64,000 bases of DNA from an uncultured delta proteobacterium. GTDB lineage: Bacteria > Myxococcota_A > UBA9160 > UBA4427. How positions within the stretch are numbered: the first letter of the stretch is position 1; every line of letters starts with the position of its first letter. Shown here in pieces: positions 9,733 through 18,688 of this stretch. Location: NCBI GenBank assembly GCA_963822965.1, contig CAWGJT010000010.1, forward strand, positions 288,001 to 352,000, written 5' to 3'. The notes under the pieces were generated by a model, which was given only the letters and a program-made list of their open reading frames with translations, searched no databases and had not been told where the DNA came from. Made by a program: the position numbers and the translations under genes.

Positions 9733-10071
9733 TCAGGTCCGGCGGGTCTTGGCGCGGCGGGCTTCCCGGCGCGGCGTGAAGATGCGCTTGTCGTGGCGGC
9801 TCCGCAGCTCCCGTTCGAGCTTGGCCAGGGCGAGGTCGGCCGCCTGGCGCCCGTCGGCCGCGGTCGCGTGCGCGGCCACCGTGGTGTTCTTGCCGCTCGC
9901 CTTGGTGGTGGCGCGGATCTCGTTGCGGTCGGGCTCGATGCCGATCTCGAAACGGTCCACCTCGCTGAATTCGTCCGCCAGGGCCTGGCACCGACGTTCG
10001 AGCGCCTCGTCCAGCTCATCGCTGCGCTCTACGTCCTTCATGTGGAGGATCACCGTCGGATTGCCGGCCAT
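9733..10071 (-). CDS. HPF/RaiA (S30AE)-like ribosome-associated protein
   Basis: 112 aa; HMKDVERSDEL and AADLALAKLERELR resemble the HPF fold; GGAG RBS. Confidence 0.6.
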   Translation of the reverse strand: MAGNPTVILHMKDVERSDELDEALERRCQALADEFSEVDRFEIGIEPDRNEIRATTKASGKNTTVAAHATAADGRQAADLALAKLERELRSRHDKRIFTPRREARRAKTRRT

Positions 10072-10134
10072 TCCGTCTCCTCGGGCCGAAGTCCGGCCAC
10101 GCACGCGAAGGTAGAAGACCACCCGTTCGCTCGA

Positions 10135-10264
10135 CAGGGCCGAGGTGGCAATGAGGACAGGGCCGAGGTGGCAATGAGGACAGGGCCGAGGTGGCAATGC
10201 GACCAGGGCCGAGGTGGCAATGAGGACAGGGCCGAGGTGGCAATGCGACCAGGGCCGAGGTGGC
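10135..10264. repeat. 23-bp tandem repeat (5 full + 1 partial) abutting the 3' end of tRNA-Sec
   Basis: cagggccgaggtggcaatg(agga/cgac) units; the last unit overlaps the tRNA GCCA end. Confidence 0.92.
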
Positions 10265-10359
10265 GGCGAGGGACGGGAATCGAACCCGCCGAGAACGTGG
10301 CGACACGCTCTCCACTCGATTTGAAGTCGAGGCCGGGCACCAGCCGCAGAAACCCCGCC
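10261..10359 (-). tRNA. selC: tRNA-Sec (UCA)
   Basis: Anticodon arm CTCGA-CT-TCA-AA-TCGAG; TGGT D-loop; 9-bp variable arm; TTCGATT T-loop; G discriminator plus CCA; 99 nt. Confidence 0.92.
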
Positions 10360-10496
10360 GCGTGACCACACGCTAGCCCTGATCCGTCGTACGGATCAGG
10401 GGCGCAGCTTCCAATGGCGCCCGAATGGCCGCGACGGCAGGGTCCACGAATCCTACGGATTCTCAACGCTGCAGCGGCTTGGTAGACTGGCGGCCG

Positions 10497-11414
10497 GTGT
10501 CCACCTACAGCCTGCACAACGCGGCGCGTATCTTGAAGGTCACGCCTTCCCGCCTGCGATACTGGCAGCGCACCCGGCTGGCGGTGCCGCGCGCTGCGGA
10601 CGTGGTGACGGGGGGGGAGGTGGACCTCGCCGCCCGGGAATCCGGGGAGTACGCCTTCCGCGATCTCGTCGGCATCAAGGCGGTGCTCTCGCTGCTCGAG
10701 CAGGGCATCTCCCTGCGTCGCATCCGGCGCAGCATCGAGGTGCTGCGAGACCGCGCGCCCGAGATCGAGGATCCGCTGGTGGCGCTGCGACTCTGGGGGG
10801 AGGGCTCGGCGCGGGTCGTCGTCGAGCGCGACGGCCACTGGATGGAGCCGGACGGGCAGATGCTGCTCGGCTTCGGCGCCGACGGGTCCGCACCCTCGGG
10901 TCAGCTGGCGCCGTTCCAGAGGGTGTCCGGCGAAGCGACCGGGGAGGGGCGCTCGGCGGGCGAGTGCTTCGAGCGCGGCTGCCGCCTGGACGCGGATCCG
11001 GCCAGCTACGGCCAGGCCATCGACGCCTACCGCGAAGCGCTCGCCCTCGATCCGGACTTCGCCGACGCCCACTGCAACCTGGGTGCGGTCTTCTACAACC
11101 GGGGCGACCGCGACCATGCCCGGCGGCACTTCGAGCGGTGTCTGCGTCTCGACCCCGGCCACGTGGAGGCCCACTTCAACCTGGCGAACCTGCTGGAGGA
11201 GGACGGCTGCAACGACATGGCCCTGCACCACTATCGCGCCGGGCTGGTCTCCGACCCGTTCTACCCCGACCTCCACATCAACCTGGCCCTGCTCTACGAG
11301 AAGATGGAGATGTCCCGCAACGCCCAGGAGCACTGGAAGCGCTACCTGCAGCTGGAGCCCGAGGGCTCGTGGTCCGAGGTGGCGAAGCTGCGGATCGACC
11401 GGGAGCGCGAATAG
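10497..11414 (+). CDS. MerR-like HTH plus tetratricopeptide repeat protein
   Basis: YSLHNAARILKVTPSRLRYW HTH, YAFRDLV; TPR motifs DPDFADAHCNLG, HVEAHFNLA. Confidence 0.85.
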   Translation: MSTYSLHNAARILKVTPSRLRYWQRTRLAVPRAADVVTGGEVDLAARESGEYAFRDLVGIKAVLSLLEQGISLRRIRRSIEVLRDRAPEIEDPLVALRLWGEGSARVVVERDGHWMEPDGQMLLGFGADGSAPSGQLAPFQRVSGEATGEGRSAGECFERGCRLDADPASYGQAIDAYREALALDPDFADAHCNLGAVFYNRGDRDHARRHFERCLRLDPGHVEAHFNLANLLEEDGCNDMALHHYRAGLVSDPFYPDLHINLALLYEKMEMSRNAQEHWKRYLQLEPEGSWSEVAKLRIDRERE

Positions 11415-11453
11415 CGATGCGCCGGGCGGGGCGCGCGCCCGGCCGGGCGCGCG

Positions 11454-11852
11454 TTACTCGTTGCGCTGATCCACGAACTTCTTGTAGGCGCGCGCGTCCA
11501 TCAGGTTGTCGTATTCGGACTCGTCCGAGGGCGACACCGCGACCAGCCAACCCGTGTCGTAGCAGCTCTCGTTCACCAGCTCGGGTGTGTCCGTGAGAGC
11601 GGCGTTCGTCTCGAGGACCTCGCCGGTGATGGGCGCATAGAGGTCCGAGACGGCCTTGACGGACTCGATCACGCCGAACGCCTCTCCCTGCCGGAGCTCC
11701 TCGCCCACCTCGGGCAGCTCGAGGAACACGACGTCTCCCAGCTGCTGCTGGGCGTAGTCGGTCACGCCGATCACGACGCGGTCGTCCTCGATCCGGATCC
11801 ATTCGTCTTCCTGCGTGTACAGGCACTCCGACGGGAACTCGTAGTCCGCCAC
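11454..11852 (-). CDS. gcvH: Glycine cleavage system H protein
   Basis: GVTDYAQQQLGDVVFLELP, IESVKAVSDLYAP (lipoyl-Lys). Confidence 0.95.
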   Translation of the reverse strand: MADYEFPSECLYTQEDEWIRIEDDRVVIGVTDYAQQQLGDVVFLELPEVGEELRQGEAFGVIESVKAVSDLYAPITGEVLETNAALTDTPELVNESCYDTGWLVAVSPSDESEYDNLMDARAYKKFVDQRNE

Positions 11853-11856
11853 TGTC

Positions 11857-13000
11857 CTACCTCTTCCTCTTGGGGTTGGTGTTCGCCGGGGCCTCGCGCT
11901 TGCGCGCGCGCACGAACGGCGTCTCGACGACCCGCGCCGCGAGCGCGCGGCCGCGCACCTCGATGGAGATCGGCGTCTCGGCAGCGGCGAGCGCCGGGGG
12001 AACGTACGCCAGGCCGATGGAGCAGCCCAGGGTCGGAGAGGGGCCGCCCGAGGTGACCCGGCCGACGGCAGCGCCGTCCTGGACCACCGGGTAGCCCGCC
12101 CGGGCCACGCCGCGGTCTTCGAGCTCGAAGCCGACCAGCACCGCCGGGTGTCCCGCCGCGGCGCGCGCCTCGATGGCCTCGGCGCCGATGAATCCCCCCT
12201 CGTCGCGCTTCACGAATCGATCCAGGCGCGCCGCCAGCGGCGAGGTGTCGTCGTCGAGCTCGTGGCCGTAGAGGGGCAGCGCGGCCTCGAGGCGCAGGGT
12301 GTCGCGGGCGCCCAGCCCGGCCGGCAGCACGCCGAGATCGCGCCCGGCCTCGAGCAGCCGCTCGAAGAGGCCCTCGGCCTCGCGCGCGTCCAGGTAGATC
12401 TCGAAGCCCGGCGAGCCCGTGTAGCCCGTGCGCGAGACGAGCGCGCTGCACGCCGGCGAGCTCCAGGGAGGTGAAGCGAGAAGCGCCCCAGCGCGGCGAG
12501 GGCGGGGCCGGCCAGGGGCTCGAGCAGGGCGGGCGCAGCCGGCCCCTGGAGCGCGAAGCAGCGCGGTGTCGACGCTGCGATCGTCCACCCGGGTCCGTCC
12601 GGCGTGGTGCAGGATCCACTCCCGGTCCTTGTCCACGTTGGCGGCGTTCACGCACAGCAAGAGCTCGTCGTCGCTCATGCGGTAGACGGTGACGTCGTCC
12701 ACGACGCCGCCCCGCTCGTTGCAGAGCAGGCCGTAGCGCACGCCGCCGGTCCGCAACGAGGCGACCCGGCAGCTGAGCAGGTGCTCGGCGGTGGCGACGG
12801 CGTCGGCCCCGGCAGAGATGGATCTGCCCCATGTGCGAGACGTCGAAGAGCCCCGCCCGCTCGCGCACGGCGGTGTGCTCCTCGAGGATCGAGCGTGTAC
12901 TGCACGGGCATCTCGAAGCCGGCGAACTCCACCATCCGCGCGCCGAGGCGCACGTGCAGATGCGTAGAGCGGCGTGCGCTTCAGGGATTCCGTCGCCCAT
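11857..13000 (-). pseudogene. gcvT: Glycine cleavage system T protein, frameshifted in this sequence (probably sequencing errors)
   Basis: Consecutive GcvT motifs ([46 protein letters not shown]) lie in different frames. Confidence 0.88.
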
Positions 13001-13896
13001 CTTCGTACGCGTCGAGTCGCTTGCGCGCGCGATACGCGTGCAGCGTGTTGCGGAGCAGCATCGTGATCGTCATCGGCCCGATGCCGCGGCGCGAGGGCGT
13101 GATGAGGCCGGCGACGCCCTGCACGGCCTCGAAGTCGACGTCGCCCACGAGCTTGCCGTCCACCTCGGTCACGCCCACGTCGATCACGGCGGCGCCGGGC
13201 TTGATCCAGTCGCGCCTTCACCATGCGGGGACGACCGGCGGCGGCCACCAGCACGTCGGCCCGGCGGCACACGCCCGGCAGGTCCCGGGTGCGCGAATGG
13301 CACATGGTGACCGTGGCGTTCGCGCTGCTGGAGCAGCAGCGAGACCGGCTTGCCGACGATCTGGCTGCGCCCGATCACGACGGCCTCCGCGCCTTCGAGC
13401 GGGAACGCCGTGGTGGTCGAGGATCGCCAGGATGCCGAGCGGAGTGCACGAGGCGAGCTCCCAGGTGCCCGCCAGCAGACGTCCGGCGTTGATCGGGATG
13501 GAGGGCGTCGGCGTCCTTGGCGGGGTCGATCGCCTCGGCGATCACCGCCGGCCGGATGTGGGCGGGCAGGGGGAGCTGGACCAGGATGCCGTCGATCCGG
13601 TCGTCGGCGTTGATCGTCTCGATGAGCGCGAGCAGCTCGGACTGGGAGGTGCTCCCGGGGAGCAGGTGCTCGACGGCGTCCATGCCGATGCGCGCGCAGG
13701 CGCGCTGCTTGCCCTTGATGTACGAGCGGCTCGCGGGGTCGTCCCCGACGAGCACGACCGTCAGGCAGGGGGGCCGGTGCCCCGCCTTGGTGAGCTCGTG
13801 GATCTCCTCCGCCAGCTGGCTGCGCATGGCGTTGGCGAGGGCCAGCCCGTCGAACACGACGGTGTCGACGGGAGCGTGGGAAGATTCCGGGGGCAT
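12981..13896 (-). pseudogene. folD: Methylenetetrahydrofolate dehydrogenase/cyclohydrolase, frameshifted in this sequence (probably sequencing errors)
   Basis: [50 protein letters not shown] are spread over several frames. Confidence 0.88.
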
Positions 13897-13961
13897 GGAA
13901 GGACGGGCCTCCTGACGCCGCCGGCCGGGCAGCGGCGGCGGCAGTATACCCGGGTCGCGCG

Positions 13962-14288
13962 TCAGGCGGCGCTCTTGCCGGAGGACTTCTTGGCCGCCTT
14001 CTTCTCGGTCTTGCCACCCTTCTCGGCGGGCTTCTTGTCCTCGCTCTTCGTCGTCGAGGGGGCGGCTTCGGAGGCGCTCTTGTCCTCGGACGAGGCACCG
14101 GGCTTCGCGCTCGAGTACAGGTCCGAGTACCAGCCGCTGCCCTTCAGCACGAACGACGTTCGCGAGATCAGCTTCTTGACCTTGCGCGACCGGCAGACCG
14201 GACAGGTCTTGACCGGCGGATCCGAGATTCTCTGCTCCTTCTCGAACTCGTGCTGACACTTCTCGCACAGGTATTCATAGATGGGCAT
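13962..14288 (-). CDS. FmdB-family zinc-ribbon protein
   Basis: [11 protein letters not shown]...CPVC...FVLKGSGWY; low-complexity Lys/Ser/Ala tail. Confidence 0.88.
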   Translation of the reverse strand: MPIYEYLCEKCQHEFEKEQRISDPPVKTCPVCRSRKVKKLISRTSFVLKGSGWYSDLYSSAKPGASSEDKSASEAAPSTTKSEDKKPAEKGGKTEKKAAKKSSGKSAA

Positions 14289-14506
14289 GGTCGGCCTCCG
14301 TCGTCTTCCTTCGCCTTTCGTCCCGCTTCCGTCCCGCTTCCGTCCCGCTTCGCGCTCGTCTTCGCGAGCGCGCCGATCTCCGCGCCGGCTCCCGGCCCCG
14401 CCGCGCGATGGGTGCGCGAAGCGCCCGTGGGCCAGAGCCGCGTTTCGGGGGGGAGCGCCGGGGGCATGTGGGGGAGATGCCGCGATGCGCCCGGCAGGGC
14501 GACTTC

Positions 14507-14830
14507 TTATCTCACTCCCGGGTTGCTCGCCAGCGCGCACACGCGCTCGCGCAGGGAGGCCGCGTCGCCGTCGACCTCGACCCGTTTGCGTCGGCTCTTC
14601 GCGTCGGCGGGAATGTGCACGGCCCGGCGCGCCTCCCCGAGGGCCCGTGCCAGGGCCTCGGCGCAGGCGGCGTTGGCGCGGCCGTCCACCGGGGGCTCCC
14701 GGACCGCCACGCGCAGGGCCCCGTCGTGGACCCCGCCGATGCGTGGCTTGCTGCTGCGCGGGGTCACGTGGATCCAGAAGGCGATTCCCGCGCCCGTGGT
14801 GTCCACGCGGAGCGGGGGCGCGTCGGACAT
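14507..14830 (-). CDS. DUF167 / YggU family protein
   Basis: HVTPRSSK...[17 protein letters not shown]...SRRKRV; yggS-proC-divIVA context. Confidence 0.85.
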   Translation of the reverse strand: MSDAPPLRVDTTGAGIAFWIHVTPRSSKPRIGGVHDGALRVAVREPPVDGRANAACAEALARALGEARRAVHIPADAKSRRKRVEVDGDAASLRERVCALASNPGVR

Positions 14831-15381
14831 CAGCCGCTGGTGCGCTCGCCGGGCTCCTCGCTGCGGGCCGCGTCCCGGGCGGCGGGCGTGCGCGCCAGGT
14901 AGGTCACCTTGCCGGCGTCGTCCGACTCGTGATTGGCGTCCTCGATGCTGCTCACGAGGCTGAGGTGGGTCTCGAGGGTGGCACGCAGGGCCTGGGCGAG
15001 CCGCGTGCGCAGGCCGCGCATCTCGCGGATCTCGTCCCCCAGCTTCGCGGCCCGGCGGTGGGCGGCGTCGAGGATCTTCTCGGCCTTGACCTCCGCCTCG
15101 CCCACCAGCACCTCCGACTCCTTGATGGCCGCCTCGCGCAGGTCCGAGGTCATGGCCTGGGCGGAGAGCAGCGTCTCCTTGAGCAGGCGCTCGTCGGCCA
15201 CCAGCTGCTCGACGCGCTGCTCGAGCTGTCGGATGCGCTCGCCCTGGCGCTCGTTCTCCCGCAGGAGCTGCTCGTAGTCCTCGGAGACGAGGCGCAGGAA
15301 CGATTCGACCTCCGCGGAGTCGAGCCCGCGCAGGCGGCGCCCGAAGTGGTGATTGCGGACGTCCAGGGGCGTGATGCGCAT
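14830..15381 (-). CDS. DivIVA-domain protein
   Basis: [29 protein letters not shown] followed by a coiled coil. Confidence 0.88.
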   Translation of the reverse strand: MRITPLDVRNHHFGRRLRGLDSAEVESFLRLVSEDYEQLLRENERQGERIRQLEQRVEQLVADERLLKETLLSAQAMTSDLREAAIKESEVLVGEAEVKAEKILDAAHRRAAKLGDEIREMRGLRTRLAQALRATLETHLSLVSSIEDANHESDDAGKVTYLARTPAARDAARSEEPGERTSG

Positions 15382-15538
15382 GCCGGCTCTCCTCGTGGCG
15401 GTCGCCTGCCGCGTGCATCGACGACCGGGCCTCGTCACCCGGTGACGAGCGCACATTCATCGGCAACGGATCGGCAAGACGCCCAGGATTCTTGACCGAA
15501 GCCGGGGTCCGCGCCTCCCGGGGGCCGTCCGGAGCGCC

Positions 15539-16366
15539 TCAGCTCCGGCTGAGCTCCCGAGAGCGGGCCGTGGCCGCCGCCACGGCCTTGTAGATCGCGG
15601 CTCGCACGCCGGCCGCCTCGAGCTGCTCGAGGCCGGCGATGGTGGTTCCGCCGGGGGACGTCACCTGGTCCTTCAGGGCGGCCGGGTGGCGGCCCGTCTC
15701 CATCGCCAGGCGCGTCGCTCCATACACCGTCTGGCAGGCCAGCTGGTGCGCGGCCTCCCGGGGCAGCCCGACCCGCACGCCCGCGTCGCCCAGGGCTTCG
15801 AGCAGCAGGAAGACGTAGGCGGGACCGCTGCCCGAGAGGCCCGTGACGGCGTCGAGCATCGACTCGGCGGGCGCGGACCAGACGGTGCCCACGGATTCGA
15901 ACAGCGCGGTCGCCACCGCGCGGTCTTCCGCGCTCGCCGCCGCGTTGGCGGTGAAGGCGGTGGCGCCTGCGCCCACCAGGGCGGGCGTGTTGGGCATGGC
16001 GCGCACGATGCGTGCGCCGGCGGGCAGCCGCTCGCTCAGGGTGGAGAGCGTGACGCCGGCCGCGATCGAGATCCAAAGGGGTCGCTCCAGGTGGGCGTCG
16101 CCCGAGAGCTCGTTCAGCACCGTTCCGACCACACCCGGCTTGACGGCCAGCACGACGACGTCGCTGCCGGCGACCAGCGCCGCGTTCTCCGAGCCAGGAG
16201 TGACGCCCACCTCCCGGGCGAACGCCTGCCGTTGATCGGGATCGGGATCGGCCGCGCCCAGGCGCTCGGCGGACACGCCCGCGGAGAGCAGGCCGCCCGC
16301 GAGCGCGCGCGCCATGGCACCCCCCCCGATGAAGCCGATCCGCTTGTCGTCGAGTGCGCTCGTCAT
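15539..16366 (-). CDS. proC: Pyrroline-5-carboxylate reductase
   Basis: IGFIGGGAM, LAVKP, RAMPNTP, GLSGSGPAY, VTSPGGTT; AAGGAG RBS. Confidence 0.95.
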   Translation of the reverse strand: MTSALDDKRIGFIGGGAMARALAGGLLSAGVSAERLGAADPDPDQRQAFAREVGVTPGSENAALVAGSDVVVLAVKPGVVGTVLNELSGDAHLERPLWISIAAGVTLSTLSERLPAGARIVRAMPNTPALVGAGATAFTANAAASAEDRAVATALFESVGTVWSAPAESMLDAVTGLSGSGPAYVFLLLEALGDAGVRVGLPREAAHQLACQTVYGATRLAMETGRHPAALKDQVTSPGGTTIAGLEQLEAAGVRAAIYKAVAAATARSRELSRS

Positions 16367-16401
16367 GTGCTCCTTCCGTTCGTTGCGCCGGGTCGCCCGG
16401 C

Positions 16402-17142
16402 TCACGCGTCCGTTCGCGGTCCGAAGAGGGCGGTGCCGATCCGGACCCGGGTTGCGCCTTCGGCGATCGCGATCTCGAAGTCCGCGGACATCCCCATGGA
16501 GAGCTCGCGCAGGTTCGAGCCACCCGGGGCGCTTCGAAGCGTATCGCGCAGCTCGCGGAGCCGCGCGAAGGCGGGCCGGCTGTCCTCCGGGTCGTCGCTC
16601 GCCCGGGGGACGGTCATCAGCCCCACCACGCGCAGCCGATCGAGCGCCGCACAGGCGGCGAGCAGGGACGCCAGCTCCTCCGGGGCCACCCCGCTCTTCT
16701 GGGGCTCGCGGGAGAGGTTCACCTGGAGGCAGACGTCGAGCATCCGCCCGGCCTCCCGGGCCCGGCGATCGAGCTCGGCGGCGAGGGGCTCGCGGTCGAG
16801 GGACTCGACGACGTCCACCAGGGGCAGCAGATGGCGCACCTTGTTGCGCTGCAGGCCCCCGACCATGGACCAGCGCAGGCGGGCCGCGTGCTCGGCGCCC
16901 ACGAGCGCCTCGACGCGGGGGCGCTTGTCCCGCAGCTCCTGCACGTAGCTCTCACCGAGGTGGGTGACGCCCGCCCGAACGCTCGCCGCGATCCGCTCCG
17001 CCGGCTGCCGCTTCGAGACGCCTACCAGGGTGACGTCGTCCACCGCCCGTCCGGCACGGGCGCATGCACGCTCGATGCGTTCGCGGACCCGCGCGAGGCG
17101 TTCCCGGGCTTCGCGCTCCGGGGCCGTGGAGGTGTCCGTCAC
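16402..17142 (-). CDS. yggS: YggS/PlpBP pyridoxal-phosphate homeostasis protein
   Basis: LVGVSK, GESYVQE, GGLQRNK, LSMGMSADFEIAIAEGAT, RIGTALFG. Confidence 0.93.
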   Translation of the reverse strand: MTDTSTAPEREARERLARVRERIERACARAGRAVDDVTLVGVSKRQPAERIAASVRAGVTHLGESYVQELRDKRPRVEALVGAEHAARLRWSMVGGLQRNKVRHLLPLVDVVESLDREPLAAELDRRAREAGRMLDVCLQVNLSREPQKSGVAPEELASLLAACAALDRLRVVGLMTVPRASDDPEDSRPAFARLRELRDTLRSAPGGSNLRELSMGMSADFEIAIAEGATRVRIGTALFGPRTDA

Positions 17143-17798
17143 GCGGGCGCTCCCGCGTCCCCCAGGCGGAAGCCGGCGCGCGACAGCAGCTCGAGGGTCT
17201 CCTCCACCGGCAGGCCGATGACGTTCGTGCGGCTGCCCTCGAGCCGGCAGACCAGCGCGGCCCCGCCGCCCTGGATCGCGTAGGCCCCGGCCTTGTCCAG
17301 TGGCTCGCCCGTGGCGACGTAGGCGCGCAGCTCGTCGTCCCCGGCGCTGCGCATGCTGACGCGGCTCTCCACGACGCGCTCGAAGACGGCGAGGCTGCGG
17401 GTGTCGACCACCGCGATCGCCGTGATCACGAGGTGGGTGCGCCCGGCGAGCGCCCGCAGCAGCCGCAGCGCGTCGTCGGCATCGCTGGGCTTGCCGAACA
17501 CGCGACCGTCCAGGGCGACGGTGGTGTCCGAGCCCAGCACGTGCCGGGGCGTGCCGCCCGCCAGACGCCGGGCCACCGCGAGCGCCTTCTCGCGCGCCAG
17601 CCGTCGGGTCATCTCCCGAGCCGACTCGCCCGGCAGGCTCTCTTCGTCGATGTCCGCCGGGACGACCTCGTGCGGGACGCCCGCCTGCTCGAGCAGCTCG
17701 CGCCGCCGGGGCGACGCGCTCGCGAGCACGAGCGCCCCCGGACGGTCGGCCTCCACCGCCGCCCCCTCGCCGCGCACGCCGGGTGCCGAGGCGGGCAT
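17139..17798 (-). CDS. maf: Maf-family nucleoside triphosphate pyrophosphatase
   Basis: LVLASASPRRRELL, GSDTTV, GKP, DKAGAYAIQG, NVIGLP. Confidence 0.92.
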   Translation of the reverse strand: MPASAPGVRGEGAAVEADRPGALVLASASPRRRELLEQAGVPHEVVPADIDEESLPGESAREMTRRLAREKALAVARRLAGGTPRHVLGSDTTVALDGRVFGKPSDADDALRLLRALAGRTHLVITAIAVVDTRSLAVFERVVESRVSMRSAGDDELRAYVATGEPLDKAGAYAIQGGGAALVCRLEGSRTNVIGLPVEETLELLSRAGFRLGDAGAPA

Positions 17799-18688
17799 CA
17801 GTCGAGCGCCGTGATCTCGAAGCGCAGCGCTCCGGGCTCGCCGGCGACGAGGTCGAGCTTCACCCGGGCGCCTGCGCTCCGGCCGCCGGCTTCCCGGGCC
17901 AGGCGACGCGCGGTCTCGAAGAGCTCGGCCAGCAGCTCCGGCGAGGCGTCGTCCAGGCACGCGCCGGGCGCGACGGGCTCGACGAGGATGCGCTCCCGGG
18001 CGCCGGGCGCGGAGACCCGGCTAACGCGCACCTGGCCGGTCTTCGAGAGGACCTCGGGCTGCACGCGATCGACCGGCTGGAACCAGGCGGGGTCCATCAG
18101 GTCCGGGGTGTCGTCGTCGAGATCGCGGGCCAGGCTCGCCTGCTTGGCCGGCTCGAGCTCCGTCTCGTATCGATAGTGGGGATGGTCGATGCGCAGGCTG
18201 GCGGGCGTTCCGGACCGCAGGGCCCGGGCGTGCGCCGGGGAGAGCGAGAAGCGGAGGTAGTGGACGGCGGAGATCCGGTCGGCGTCCATCTGGCGTGTGT
18301 CGAAGCGCGCGAACACCGGCTCGAGGCCTTCGAGGACGAGTGCCACGTGCTCGTCGATGCCGATCAGACGGTCGAGTGCGGGCTGGATCTGGTCGAGCTC
18401 GGGAATCTCGATGAACAGCGTGGCGGAGAGCTCGTCCGGTCCGGGGACGAGCTCATTGTAGACGTCCACCTCGACCTGGACCTTCTCCGGATCGGTCGTG
18501 CGCTCGACCCGGGTCATCTCCTGGATCTGGTAGCGAAGGGTCTCCCGATCCTCGAACAGGAGCGTCACCTGGGGACCGACGGAGATCCGGCGCTGCCTCT
18601 TGTGCTCGATCACCTGCGGACGGTAGACGTCCCGCACCCGCTCGTAGCGGGCGAGGTCGAGGATGTCCTCGCGCCGCAGGGGCCTCAC
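17798..18688 (-). CDS. DUF3501-family protein with a C-terminal extension
   Basis: HKRQRRISVGPQVTLLFEDRETLRYQIQEM, YNELVP, SAVHYLRF; GTGA overlap with the upstream gene. Confidence 0.85.
   Translation of the reverse strand: MRPLRREDILDLARYERVRDVYRPQVIEHKRQRRISVGPQVTLLFEDRETLRYQIQEMTRVERTTDPEKVQVEVDVYNELVPGPDELSATLFIEIPELDQIQPALDRLIGIDEHVALVLEGLEPVFARFDTRQMDADRISAVHYLRFSLSPAHARALRSGTPASLRIDHPHYRYETELEPAKQASLARDLDDDTPDLMDPAWFQPVDRVQPEVLSKTGQVRVSRVSAPGARERILVEPVAPGACLDDASPELLAELFETARRLAREAGGRSAGARVKLDLVAGEPGALRFEITALD

Noticed and set aside
10135..10264. CRISPR array or coding repeat (RPCPHCHLG ORFs)
   Set aside because: No spacers; the 23-bp period is not a multiple of 3, and the ORFs crossing it overlap tRNA-Sec.
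12440..13500. Programmed frameshifting in gcvT/folD
   Set aside because: Too many shifts and no slippery-site pattern; sequence error is more parsimonious.
14319..14352. 11-bp triple repeat (cgtcccgcttc) upstream of the FmdB gene
   Set aside because: Short slippage-type repeat with no evidence of function.
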